Part shown: piece by piece, positions 32,252 through 42,140 of the stretch
Layout: every line of letters begins with the position of its first letter
How positions within the stretch are numbered: the stretch's first letter is position 1
From: a bacterium
GTDB taxonomy: Bacteria > Zhuqueibacterota > Zhuqueibacteria > Residuimicrobiales > Krinioviventaceae
NCBI GenBank assembly: GCA_963675755.2
Contig: CAXXMD010000001.1
Span: forward strand, 224,001 to 288,000
Length of the DNA: 64,000 nucleotides
Reading direction: 5' to 3'
The notes under the pieces: generated by a model
What the model was told of the DNA's origin: nothing
Databases searched by the model: none
Seen by the model: the letters and a program-made list of their open reading frames with translations, nothing else
Program-made: the position numbers and the translations under genes

Positions 32252-32774
32252 TGAAAAAAAAGTTTGGGATCTGATAAAATCCAAATCAAATGCTGAAACT
32301 TTTGGCGTATCAGATGCCGATTGGAATGCTTTTGTATTAAAAGTTGATGCCTGTTTTGATAAACCCAAAGCAGAAAAATATTATCTTTATTCTGATGGTG
32401 CTGCTCGCGGGAATCCTGGTCCTTCAGGAGTAGGTATTTATATTGAAGATGATCAAGGCAACATTGTGAAACAGCATTTTGAATATTTGGGTGAGCAAAC
32501 CAACAATTGTGCTGAATATCTGGCTCTGTCAATAGGGTTGGATATTGCAAAAGAAAAGGAATTGGACAATATAACTGTATATACAGATAGCGAATTAATG
32601 GCGAAACAGTTGAATGGCATTTATAAAGTAAAAAACAAATCGCTCATCGAATTGTATATGCAGGTTACGCAAAAAATTAATTCCTTTAGTAGTATAGAAA
32701 TACAACACGTAACTCGTGATAAAAATAAAAACGCTGACCGGTTGGCCAATATGGCAATCGATTCTCATGCTTGA
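32244..32774 (+). CDS. rnhA: Ribonuclease HI family protein
   Basis: SDGAARGNPG, TNNCAEY, TDSEL, ADRLAN catalytic DEDD motifs. Confidence 0.88.
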   Translation: MTNEKKVWDLIKSKSNAETFGVSDADWNAFVLKVDACFDKPKAEKYYLYSDGAARGNPGPSGVGIYIEDDQGNIVKQHFEYLGEQTNNCAEYLALSIGLDIAKEKELDNITVYTDSELMAKQLNGIYKVKNKSLIELYMQVTQKINSFSSIEIQHVTRDKNKNADRLANMAIDSHA

Positions 32775-32784
32775 GGGAGGAAAT

Positions 32785-33849
32785 ATGAAAGCCCTGATCA
32801 CCGCTGGCGGTAAAGGAACTCGCTTACGCCCGTTAACTCACACTCAAAATAAGCATATGCTTGCTATAGCAAATAAACCTATACTGCATTATGCTATTGA
32901 AAAAGTTGTGAATGCAGGGATCACTGAAATAGGTATAGTGACCAATCAGGAAGGCACAGAAGTTAAAGAGGCCATTGGTGATGGCAGCACCTGGGGAGTA
33001 AATATAACATATATTCCTCAAGATGCTCCTTTGGGTCTGGCCCATGTTGTAAAAATATCTCAGGATTTTATTGGTGATGACTCTTTCATCTTTTATCTTG
33101 GTGACAATATGGTTGTTGGCGGGTTGGAAAAGTTTATTCAGGCTTTTAAAGATTCCGGTACCAACTGTCATTTGACACTGGCTAAGGTTAAAGACCCTGA
33201 ACGCTTTGGAGTTCCGGAGCTTAAAGATGGTCGTATTATTGGTATAGAGGAAAAACCGGAAGCACCCAAAAGTGAATATGCGGTTTCGGGTATTTATATT
33301 TATGACAGCAATATTTTCAAAGCTGTTAATGCTATAGAACCCAGTGCAAGAGGTGAGCTTGAAATTTCAGATGCTCATCAATACCTGCTTGATAACGATT
33401 ATCAAATCAGCTATTCTGAAATTACCGGATGGTGGAAAGATACCGGCAAGCCTGAAGATATTCTGGAAGCAAACAGACTTGTACTGGAACATACGACCGG
33501 TGAGACTCTGGGAGAGGTAGATTCTAATTCAACAATAACCGGTGAAGTTGTCATTGAAAAAGGTGCTTCAGTCATCAATAGTGTAGTACGGGGACCGATT
33601 GTTATTGGAAGTAATACACGCATTGAGAACAGTTATGTGGGTCCCTTTACATCTATTGGCAAGAATTGTATCATAAACGAAAGTGAAGTTGAATTCAGTA
33701 TCATACTCGATTCATGCGAGATAAATGATGTTGGTGTTCGGATAGAAAATAGTTTGTTGGGAACCGGTGCACGTGTTGTACGTGCTACCTCACGACCGCA
33801 AACGCATCGTTTTATGGTGGGTGATCAAAGCTTGATTGAAATACGATAG
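32785..33849 (+). CDS. Glucose-1-phosphate thymidylyltransferase, long form
   Basis: GGKGTRLRPLT, PLGLAH, YLGDN, RGELEI, WWKDTG, C-terminal beta-helix; GGAGG RBS. Confidence 0.9.
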   Translation: MKALITAGGKGTRLRPLTHTQNKHMLAIANKPILHYAIEKVVNAGITEIGIVTNQEGTEVKEAIGDGSTWGVNITYIPQDAPLGLAHVVKISQDFIGDDSFIFYLGDNMVVGGLEKFIQAFKDSGTNCHLTLAKVKDPERFGVPELKDGRIIGIEEKPEAPKSEYAVSGIYIYDSNIFKAVNAIEPSARGELEISDAHQYLLDNDYQISYSEITGWWKDTGKPEDILEANRLVLEHTTGETLGEVDSNSTITGEVVIEKGASVINSVVRGPIVIGSNTRIENSYVGPFTSIGKNCIINESEVEFSIILDSCEINDVGVRIENSLLGTGARVVRATSRPQTHRFMVGDQSLIEIR

Positions 33850-33957
33850 TAAAATTATCATAATTTTAGTAATTTAAAATTACATCTTGCGATTCTAGAA
33901 AAAAAATCTTATTTTAAAGTAATAAAATTCTGCACGACAACTCTAAATTTGACATAC

Positions 33958-33999
33958 AACCCCGATCCGCTGATGGAAAGCTGGCGAATTGGGGTTTTT
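33958..33999 (+). terminator. Terminator-like hairpin upstream of carA
   Basis: AACCCCGATCCGC...GCGAATTGGGGTTTTT. Confidence 0.5.
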
Positions 34000-34037
34000 A
34001 GCACACTAATCAATCATTTTTTTTAGCAAAGATAATT

Positions 34038-35111
34038 ATGGAAAAAAAGAAAATCAAAGCAAGACTCGAACTAGAAGATGGCTCGGTTTTTCATGGATTT
34101 TCCTTCGGTGCCCAAAAATCTGTTGCGGGTGAGGTGGTTTTTAATACCAGCATGATGGGATACCCCGAAAGCATGACTGATCCGTCATATTATGGACAGA
34201 TACTGGTTCTAACATATCCACTTGTAGGAAATTACGGAATACCTGAAAAAGAACTTGTTGACGGTCTGGACCGTTGGTTTGAATCTTCAAATATCCAGAT
34301 CACAGGATTAATTGTTTCCGAATATTCTTTTAATTACAGTCACTGGAGCGCTGTAAAAAGCCTGGGTGATTGGCTTACCGAACATGATATTCCCGGATTG
34401 TATGGTATTGATACCCGTATGTTGACCATGCGTTTGCGAGATGAAGGTACAATGCTGGGACGCATGTTGTTTTTTACTGATGAAATAGATTTTTACGATC
34501 CGAACAAGAGCAATCTTGTTGAAAAAGTAAGTATTGACGAACCTGTTGAGTATGGCAAGTCTGGTCAAAAAGTCATTTTAATTGATTGTGGATGCAAAGA
34601 TAATATTATTAGAAACCTGGTAAGTCGCGATATTATAGTTAGACGGGTACCCTGGAATTATGACTTTACAAACGAAGATTATGATGGGGTGTTTATCTCT
34701 AATGGACCGGGAGACCCCAAAATGTGTCGTGAGACTGTAGACATTATCTCAAAAACACTGGAAGGTGATCGACCGGTTTTTGGTATTTGCATGGGCAACC
34801 AACTGCTTTCCCTGGCTGCCGGAGCAGATACTTATAAATTAAAGTTTGGTCATCGCAGTCAGAACCAGCCTTGTGTAGAAGTAGGTACAAAACGCTGTTA
34901 TATTACATCTCAGAATCACGGATTTGCAGTTGACGGACGTACCTTACAGGAAGGGTGGGAGCCCTGGTTTGTAAACGCCAATGATGGTACCAACGAAGGA
35001 ATTCGCCATGTGTCCAAACCATTTATGAGCGTTCAGTTTCACCCGGAAGCAGCTCCGGGACCGGTAGATACTTCTATACTTTTTGATGATTTTAAAAGGA
35101 TGCTTTTATGA
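34038..35111 (+). CDS. carA: Carbamoyl-phosphate synthase small subunit
   Basis: GEVVFNT, TDPSY.GQI, SNGPGDP, GICMG, SQNHG, QFHPE. Confidence 0.96.
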   Translation: MEKKKIKARLELEDGSVFHGFSFGAQKSVAGEVVFNTSMMGYPESMTDPSYYGQILVLTYPLVGNYGIPEKELVDGLDRWFESSNIQITGLIVSEYSFNYSHWSAVKSLGDWLTEHDIPGLYGIDTRMLTMRLRDEGTMLGRMLFFTDEIDFYDPNKSNLVEKVSIDEPVEYGKSGQKVILIDCGCKDNIIRNLVSRDIIVRRVPWNYDFTNEDYDGVFISNGPGDPKMCRETVDIISKTLEGDRPVFGICMGNQLLSLAAGADTYKLKFGHRSQNQPCVEVGTKRCYITSQNHGFAVDGRTLQEGWEPWFVNANDGTNEGIRHVSKPFMSVQFHPEAAPGPVDTSILFDDFKRMLL

Positions 35112-38100
35112 TAAATAAACCGAAAAAAGTCATAATTCTCGGCAGCTCGGCCTTAAAGATTGGAGAAGCCGGAGAGTTTGATTATTCCGGAAGTCAGGCC
35201 ATCAAGGCACTCAAAGAAGAAGGTGTATATACCATTCTGGTGAATCCCAATATTGCCACTATCCAAACTTCGGACCATTTGGCAGATCAGGTATATTTTT
35301 TACCTGTTACTCCATATTTTGTGGAACAGATCATTCAAAAGGAAAAACCGGATGGGATCCTTTTAGGTTTTGGCGGCCAAACTGCTCTGAATTGCGGTAT
35401 TGAACTTGAAAAAAGCGGTGTCTTGAGTCGGTATGGTGTTAATGTATTGGGAACTCAGGTTGAAGCTATTCTCAATACTGAAGACAGACAGTTGTTTGTT
35501 TCCAAGCTGGACCAGATTGAAGTGAAAACAGCAATAAGTAAAGCTGTTGAAAATATTGATGATGCTGTTAAATATGCGGAAAAGATCGGTTACCCGGTTA
35601 TGGTCCGTATTGCTTTTGCGTTGGGTGGTCTGGGATCAGGCATTTGTAGAAATGAAGAAGAATTACGTGAACTTGCCCAAAAGGCTCTTTCTTATACCAA
35701 CCAGATTTTGATTGAAGAATATCTGTTAGGTTGGAAAGAAGTAGAGTATGAGATTGTACGAGACCGGTTCGACAATTGTATTGCCGTATGTAATATGGAA
35801 AATTTTGACCCTATGGGTATCCATACCGGTGAGAGTATTGTTGTAGCACCCAGCCAGACATTATCTAATCGTGAATATCATAAACTTCGTGAGATTGGTA
35901 TTCGCACCGTACGTCATATGGGTATTGTTGGCGAGTGTAATATACAATATGCCTTTGACCCCTATTCGGAAGATTATCGTGTAATTGAGATTAATGCACG
36001 TTTGTCCCGAAGTTCCGCACTGGCATCTAAAGCAACCGGTTATCCATTAGCGTTTGTTGCTGCCAAACTGGCCCTGGGATATAGTTTAATTGACCTTCCC
36101 AATTCAGTTACAAAAATAACCAAAGCCTGCTATGAACCGGCACTTGATTATATTGTTGTGAAAATACCGAGATGGGACCTGAAAAAATTTAAACAAGTCT
36201 CGAAAAAAATCGGTTCCGGGATGAAATCCGTTGGTGAAGTTATGGCAATCGGAAGGACCTTTGAAGAAGCATTGCAAAAAGGTCTGAGAATGCTTGAAAT
36301 TGGCGCCAACGGTATTGTACAAAATCCCAGTATAACTATAGACGATATAAAACTGGAACTTGAAGAACCAACGGATCTCCGGGTTTATGCAGTGCCTGAA
36401 GCTTTGAAGCAGGGCATGACAGTAGACGATATACACAAATTGAGTCATATTGACCGGTGGTTTCTATATAAAATCGAAAATATTGTTCGTATTGAAAAAG
36501 AGTTGTTTGGTGTTGGTGAACAGCGTTGCCCAAAAGATTTGCTGCTTGAGGCTAAACAAGCAGGATTTTCTGACAAGCAAATCGGTTTGATTCTGGCCAA
36601 AGATGAATTAGAGGTTCGTCAGCTTCGTCAGAATTATGGTTTAACCCCTTGGGTAAAACAGATCGATACCCTTGCAGCCGAATATCCCGCGCAAACCAAT
36701 TATCTGTATCTGACATATAACGGTCAGGAAGATGATTTGTCATTTCTTGATAGAAATGCAGTAATGGTTTTGGGAAGCGGAGCCTACCGTATAGGAAGCT
36801 CGGTTGAGTTTGACTGGTGTTGTGTAAACTCTGTTAAAACCCTCAAAGATTTAAATTACCAGACCATTATGGTGAATTATAATCCCGAGACAGTTAGTAC
36901 GGATTATGATGAATGTGACAAACTTTATTTTGATGAAATCAGTTTTGAAACAGTTGTAGATATATATGAAAAAGAAAAAGCTACAGGTATTATCATATCC
37001 ATGGGCGGGCAGATTCCCAATAACCTTGCATTAAGATTGGACAAGTTTGGTGTTAAAGTGCTGGGTACATCCGCTAAAAATATTGATAATGCAGAAGATC
37101 GTCATAAATTTTCAAAGCTGCTCGATGATATAGGTGTAGATCAGCCGGAATGGAGCGAGCTCACATCCATGGAAGAAGCAAGATCTTTTGCGGAAAAAGT
37201 CGGGTATCCGGTACTCATTCGTCCATCGTATGTTTTGAGTGGTGCGGCTATGAGCGTGGCATCAAATGACGCAGAGCTTGAAAAATATCTGGGCAAAGCA
37301 TCTGATATTTCTGCGGACCATCCTGTAGTAATGAGCAAGTTTATTGAACGCGCCAAAGAGATCGAGATTGATGCGGTAGGGCAGGATGGTGAACTTTTGA
37401 TTTATGCCATCTCTGAGCATGTTGAAAATGCAGGTGTACATTCGGGTGATGCTACCCTGGTACTGCCACCCCAGCGTACCTATCTGGAAACAACACGACG
37501 TGTGAAAAAGATAGCCCGTAAAATTGCCAAAGCGTTACGGATTAATGGTCCGTTTAATATGCAGTTTGTTGCCAAAGATAACGATGTAAAAGTTATCGAG
37601 TGTAACTTGCGCGCGTCTCGTAGCTTTCCATTTGTCTCCAAAATTTTCAAAGTCAATTTTATTGACCTGGCAACCCGCGTGATTATGGAACGGCATGTAC
37701 CCAGAATTGATAAATCTGTATTTGAACTGGATTATGTAGGTGTCAAAGCTCCCCAGTTTTCATTTACAAGATTGATTGGCGCTGATCCTACACTGGGTGT
37801 TGAAATGGCATCAACAGGTGAAGTAGGATGTATTGGCTCTGATTTTGAGGAAGCGTTTTTGAAATCTCTCATCTCGGTCGGTTATAAATTACCGGTAAAA
37901 AATATACTGCTTTCCACAGGTCCCATTGAAAGCAAAGCCGAATTTTTAAACAGTACACGTCTGCTTGCGGATATGGGAATGAACTTTTTCGCAACCGGTG
38001 GAACCGCCCGGTTTATGGAAGACAATGGATTCGAGGTAACACATTTGCATTGGCCGCTTACGAAAAAGAGCCCCAATGTGATAGATTATCTCAGTGAGAA

Positions 38101-38299
38101 AAAAATTGATTTGGTAATCAATATCCCCAAGAACTTTCAGGAAGAAGAGCTTACCAATGATTATATCATCCGGCGTAAAGCAGTGGATTTTGCAATTCCC
38201 ATGTTCACCAATTTACAGCTAGCCAGACGATTTGTTGAAGCGATCAGCCGCAAAAATATAAAGAGTTTGTCAATCAAAAGCTGGAGCGAATACGAATAG
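35108..38299 (+). CDS. carB: Carbamoyl-phosphate synthase large subunit
   Basis: EFDYSGSQA, HTGES, SRSSALASKATGYPLA, IRPSYVLSG, MGS domain. Confidence 0.98.
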   Translation: MINKPKKVIILGSSALKIGEAGEFDYSGSQAIKALKEEGVYTILVNPNIATIQTSDHLADQVYFLPVTPYFVEQIIQKEKPDGILLGFGGQTALNCGIELEKSGVLSRYGVNVLGTQVEAILNTEDRQLFVSKLDQIEVKTAISKAVENIDDAVKYAEKIGYPVMVRIAFALGGLGSGICRNEEELRELAQKALSYTNQILIEEYLLGWKEVEYEIVRDRFDNCIAVCNMENFDPMGIHTGESIVVAPSQTLSNREYHKLREIGIRTVRHMGIVGECNIQYAFDPYSEDYRVIEINARLSRSSALASKATGYPLAFVAAKLALGYSLIDLPNSVTKITKACYEPALDYIVVKIPRWDLKKFKQVSKKIGSGMKSVGEVMAIGRTFEEALQKGLRMLEIGANGIVQNPSITIDDIKLELEEPTDLRVYAVPEALKQGMTVDDIHKLSHIDRWFLYKIENIVRIEKELFGVGEQRCPKDLLLEAKQAGFSDKQIGLILAKDELEVRQLRQNYGLTPWVKQIDTLAAEYPAQTNYLYLTYNGQEDDLSFLDRNAVMVLGSGAYRIGSSVEFDWCCVNSVKTLKDLNYQTIMVNYNPETVSTDYDECDKLYFDEISFETVVDIYEKEKATGIIISMGGQIPNNLALRLDKFGVKVLGTSAKNIDNAEDRHKFSKLLDDIGVDQPEWSELTSMEEARSFAEKVGYPVLIRPSYVLSGAAMSVASNDAELEKYLGKASDISADHPVVMSKFIERAKEIEIDAVGQDGELLIYAISEHVENAGVHSGDATLVLPPQRTYLETTRRVKKIARKIAKALRINGPFNMQFVAKDNDVKVIECNLRASRSFPFVSKIFKVNFIDLATRVIMERHVPRIDKSVFELDYVGVKAPQFSFTRLIGADPTLGVEMASTGEVGCIGSDFEEAFLKSLISVGYKLPVKNILLSTGPIESKAEFLNSTRLLADMGMNFFATGGTARFMEDNGFEVTHLHWPLTKKSPNVIDYLSEKKIDLVINIPKNFQEEELTNDYIIRRKAVDFAIPMFTNLQLARRFVEAISRKNIKSLSIKSWSEYE

Positions 38300-38325
38300 A
38301 TTTAACAGATTTATATCTGATTTTC

Positions 38326-38358
38326 AAGCCCTTTTTAAAATTTTAAAAAGGGCTTTTT
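38326..38358 (+). terminator. carAB terminator
   Basis: AAGCCCTTTTTAAAA/TTTTAAAAAGGGCTTTTT. Confidence 0.8.
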
Positions 38359-38479
38359 GTATTTATGATCTTATAAAAACGGTTGAAACCATTTTATCAA
38401 ATTATCAATCTAACCTCTCTAGCCCCAAAATTTAGATTATAATGTATTCCTGGACCATATTTTCACATTATAAATCAAA

Positions 38480-38693
38480 TAGCTCTAATATACTAATCTT
38501 GAAATCATATTTTAAATTTATTTTGATAATAGTGATTTAATAATTCAATTGGCATTTATTTATTGCGATCTTTGCTTTATTTGCACCCTCTGCGTTTTTT
38601 TAAAATTATAATACAAAACGCAGAGAACGCAGAGAATTTGCTGTGGTCGCAAAACGAACCATCAATGTATTGAAATTACTTTATTAGACACTA
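38480..38693. repeat. Long imperfect palindrome, MITE/REP-like relic
   Basis: Nested inverted repeats: TAGCTCTAATATACTAAT / ATTACTTTATTAGACACTA, TTGCGATC / GGTCGCAA, CTCTGCGTTTT / AAAACGCAGAG. Confidence 0.45.
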
Positions 38694-38773
38694 CCAATAT
38701 TTTCCTGATTTGTGTAAATTTGTGTTTTCAGAGTTTTTCGTGTTCTATTTTTTATTATCCAATGTACCAAAAT

Positions 38774-38806
38774 AAAAAATCCCCGGCATCAAATACCTGC
38801 CGGGGA
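38774..38806 (-). terminator. Terminator of the hybrid kinase gene
   Basis: Minus strand TCCCCGGCA-N9-TGCCGGGGATTTTTT. Confidence 0.75.
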
Positions 38807-38837
38807 AGACCACTGTGACGTGTTGTATTGTATAATA

Positions 38838-40376
38838 TCAGCTGTATGAGAGATCAAATAGTGTGGCCAGTTTTTGACTTGTTAAAGGTTTTGATACCAG
38901 TTTTTTGATACCCACAGATTGGGTAGTAGCTTCATTAACACTGTTTATATATCCCGTACAAAGAATGATTGGGATGGATGCATTGGTATTCAATAGCAAT
39001 CGGGATAGTTCAAGTCCGTCCATATTGGGCATATTCATATCTGTTACGACCAAATCATAAAATTCCGGATTGCTGTTAAAATTATCAAGTGCCGTTTTTC
39101 CATCACTGAATAAAGTGACCTTGTGTCCCATTTGCTGGAACAACATGCCTTGTACTTGAAGAACATCCTGATCATCATCGACCAACATGATGTGTAATTT
39201 TTTTTCATTTGTTGCCATAAAATAATCTTGGGCCATTTTTTTCTTTTCTTCTACCAAAGAAGGCAAATAGACATGAAAAATGGTACCAGAACCCGGTTTA
39301 CTTTTAACCGTTATGTCGCCATCATTGTTTTTTACAATGCTGTGCACGGTAGCAAGACCAATTCCTTTACCCTTGCCTTTGTCTTTGGTTGTAAAATAAG
39401 GATCGAAAATTTTGCTAATGATTTCTTGCGGAATTCCTGATCCTGTATCTTTAACGCAAATATCAATATACTTGCCCGGTTTTAAATTCAATAGCTTTGA
39501 AAGCAGCATATCTTCGGTATACTCGTGCTCACTCAGTTTAACAGTTAACTCTCCACCGTCTTCTTCCATAGCATGGATTGCGTTTGTGCAAAGGTTCATG
39601 AGTATCTGATGGATATGTATTGCATCTGCATTGATTCTTGAAATACCTGCTTTAACTGTATGTTCTATTTTAATATTATCCGGTGCAAGTCCTGAAATAA
39701 AGTTCAATACTTCTTTGATAATATTTTCTACCTGAATCGGTTCTTTTTTCTGTGTTTCCGGTTGTCCAAAAGTGTGTATTTGTTTAACCAGATCTTTGGC
39801 CCTTCCCGCAGCTTTTGAAATATTGTTTACATATTTAAAAATATTCCCCTCATTGGGTACCAGTTCAATAAGCAGATCTGAATAACCGATAATTGGGCTG
39901 AGAATGTTATTCAAATCATGTGCTATACCTCTTGCCATTTTACCTATTGAATCCATTTTTTCTGCCTGCTGTAAACGGATTTGCAGGGTTTTATTTCGCT
40001 GCCGGGTTTTGCAAAGTTGGGTAATGTCAGTTACAAAACCTTCATAATACAAGATATTATCATCATCATCTTTAACGATACAAACGTTTTCCGAAATCCA
40101 TAATTTTTGATCATTTTTGGTATGAATTTGAGAAACAAAATCCTTAACAATACCATGGGTCTGCATTTCGTGAATAAATTCCTGCCGACGTTCAGGGTCA
40201 ACATACAATTGGTCGGCAATATTAGTAATAGATTCAATCAGCTCTTCAGGTGAGTCGTATCCATACATTCTTGCAAGTGAAGGATTAACATTTAAATATT
40301 GGCCATCTGGGGTACTTTGAAAGATACCCTCAACAGCATTCATAAAAATAGAATGATAAACATTGTCAATGTGCAT
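38838..40376 (-). CDS. Cytoplasmic PAS-domain hybrid histidine kinase with receiver domain
   Basis: PAS; AHDLNN H-box; NLCTNA, DTGSG, FDPYFTTK, G.GL; receiver LVDDD, TDMNMP, KP; GGAGA RBS before ATG at 40376. Confidence 0.92.
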   Translation of the reverse strand: MHIDNVYHSIFMNAVEGIFQSTPDGQYLNVNPSLARMYGYDSPEELIESITNIADQLYVDPERRQEFIHEMQTHGIVKDFVSQIHTKNDQKLWISENVCIVKDDDDNILYYEGFVTDITQLCKTRQRNKTLQIRLQQAEKMDSIGKMARGIAHDLNNILSPIIGYSDLLIELVPNEGNIFKYVNNISKAAGRAKDLVKQIHTFGQPETQKKEPIQVENIIKEVLNFISGLAPDNIKIEHTVKAGISRINADAIHIHQILMNLCTNAIHAMEEDGGELTVKLSEHEYTEDMLLSKLLNLKPGKYIDICVKDTGSGIPQEIISKIFDPYFTTKDKGKGKGIGLATVHSIVKNNDGDITVKSKPGSGTIFHVYLPSLVEEKKKMAQDYFMATNEKKLHIMLVDDDQDVLQVQGMLFQQMGHKVTLFSDGKTALDNFNSNPEFYDLVVTDMNMPNMDGLELSRLLLNTNASIPIILCTGYINSVNEATTQSVGIKKLVSKPLTSQKLATLFDLSYS

Positions 40377-40421
40377 AAATTCTCCAATATCAGCGTCGTA
40401 GATTTTCATGCCTTGTCCCAA

Positions 40422-40473
40422 TGCAAAGAATGGGCCAAAAATTAACAAATGTTTAGCACGTAACTTGTTAATT
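40422..40473 (-). promoter_or_regulatory. Putative sigma-54 promoter with IHF-like site
   Basis: Minus strand TGGCCCATTCTTTGCA (40422-40437; GG-N10-GC); TAACTTGTTAATT (40461-40473) is one mismatch from YAA-N4-TTGATW. Confidence 0.65.
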
Positions 40474-40575
40474 TACAATGGGAATTTTGATTCCAGAATT
40501 TCAAGTGTTTCCTGAATGAGATTCAAGTACGGGAGGTGTGAACTGGATGGGACAATCAAGTTATCTGGTGTATTT

Positions 40576-40603
40576 CCCCGGTATTATCCATTTAATACCG
40601 GGG
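40576..40603. repeat. Perfect 11-bp inverted repeat
   Basis: CCCCGGTATTA-TCCATT-TAATACCGGGG; terminator or activator-binding site. Confidence 0.55.
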
Positions 40604-40676
40604 ATTTGTTTAACTTGATGTGAATATTGTTGTTGAAAGACGATTAAATTCTGGTTATGAAGAAAATTATTTATGA

Positions 40677-42074
40677 TTATATTTCATACTTGAACTGCAT
40701 TGAAATAAAGGAAGGATCATTAAAGAATTCCCTTGATAACAACATTTGTCCCTGCAGATGATCAGATAATGTGAATTGTAATCCTAAACAATCAAAGTTT
40801 TTGGTTTCAATTTCATATGATAGTGAAATTACCTCTGAGTATATTGAATATGTGAATTTTGTACTATTGGTTAATTTAAACGAAAAACCGTATGATAATT
40901 GAATAACGCCATCATGTAATTTACTGTCACTGTATGAATTCCTTTCAGAGGTTGAATCCTGTTCCTGATAGAAATATTTGTATGTTCCAATTTCCTTACT
41001 TTTACGTAAATAATTGGTAATGACAAAAGTTAAATAATTATTCATTTTATTGAAAATATTAAATTCTACACCTGCACCAACATTGATATTGCGAATACTA
41101 TTATCTTTGGTTCTATGAGTGTATCTATAATCCTCATCGGTTTGGATTGTATCTTGCGGATATGTTCTATAAGTATCTTTGATCCATGTAGAGTAATAAT
41201 ATTCCTGATAATAATCCATTTTAAAATAGTTAAATATAAATCTGGATTTAGATTTTTCATTAATCTGCCAATCCAATTGTATACCAAGTTTATATGTTTC
41301 AAATGATAGTTCAGGGGATATATCAGTAGATAGATAATATCGCTCATGTATTGTGTAATAAAAGTCTTCAAAAGTGCTCAATGTATTCCAGTAATTATTA
41401 ATTGATTCTATTTGACGATATGCTTTTTTCTGAAATGTGGAAATACCCAACACTGGATTTAGTATGAGCTTTTCATTGATTTTGATTTTACCGCCCAACT
41501 TTCCCTTGAATTCTTTCGAGTTTCCTTCTATGTTCAGCAAAGGATCCAGTATTTTTTCATTACCGGTATAGTTTAATGTCCAGTATGTATAAGAGTTTGG
41601 ATTATCTCTTTCCAAATATTGGAATGAAATGCCAATTCCTATTCGGGTATTAATTTTTTTGTTTAACAATAAAAGACAACTGTTGTATTTATCATCCAAC
41701 CTCGGTTTTAACTTGGGTTCAGAGTAATAATCATACTCATTATATACAGATGCTACTTTTTTATCAGCCATTAAACCGACGTTCCAGGACTTAATCGGGA
41801 GGAATACATTTAAATGTTCACTGTCAATGTAGGTGTTTGATATGTCATTATATGTACCAATTTTATTATATCTTGCACCTGTAAAAATAGTAAGATGATC
41901 AAAATCCATCATGGCGGGATTCAAATATGAATCCATAATGGGATCGGCAATAACTCCGGTAATGCGGTCTCCAGCTTTACTTTGTAATTGGAGCGATATG
42001 GGAGTTTGGGCCCAAAGCATATTTACTGTTAATGCATACCATACTACCGTTAATAACCATAATCTGTTTCGCAT
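40677..42074 (-). CDS. Putative outer-membrane beta-barrel protein, Tyr-rich (paralog A)
   Basis: Signal peptide, DSYLNPAMM, alternating aromatic beta-strands, C-terminal MQFKYEI. Confidence 0.6.
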   Translation of the reverse strand: MRNRLWLLTVVWYALTVNMLWAQTPISLQLQSKAGDRITGVIADPIMDSYLNPAMMDFDHLTIFTGARYNKIGTYNDISNTYIDSEHLNVFLPIKSWNVGLMADKKVASVYNEYDYYSEPKLKPRLDDKYNSCLLLLNKKINTRIGIGISFQYLERDNPNSYTYWTLNYTGNEKILDPLLNIEGNSKEFKGKLGGKIKINEKLILNPVLGISTFQKKAYRQIESINNYWNTLSTFEDFYYTIHERYYLSTDISPELSFETYKLGIQLDWQINEKSKSRFIFNYFKMDYYQEYYYSTWIKDTYRTYPQDTIQTDEDYRYTHRTKDNSIRNINVGAGVEFNIFNKMNNYLTFVITNYLRKSKEIGTYKYFYQEQDSTSERNSYSDSKLHDGVIQLSYGFSFKLTNSTKFTYSIYSEVISLSYEIETKNFDCLGLQFTLSDHLQGQMLLSREFFNDPSFISMQFKYEI

Positions 42075-42140
42075 GTTAATCTCACAGTTTGAAATTGTTT
42101 GTTTTGGAATTTAAAAAAAAGTTAGCAAAATATTTTTTAT

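Noticed and set aside
33973-34026. 17-codon ORF in the carA leader
   Set aside because: No RBS, not Arg-rich, starts inside the hairpin
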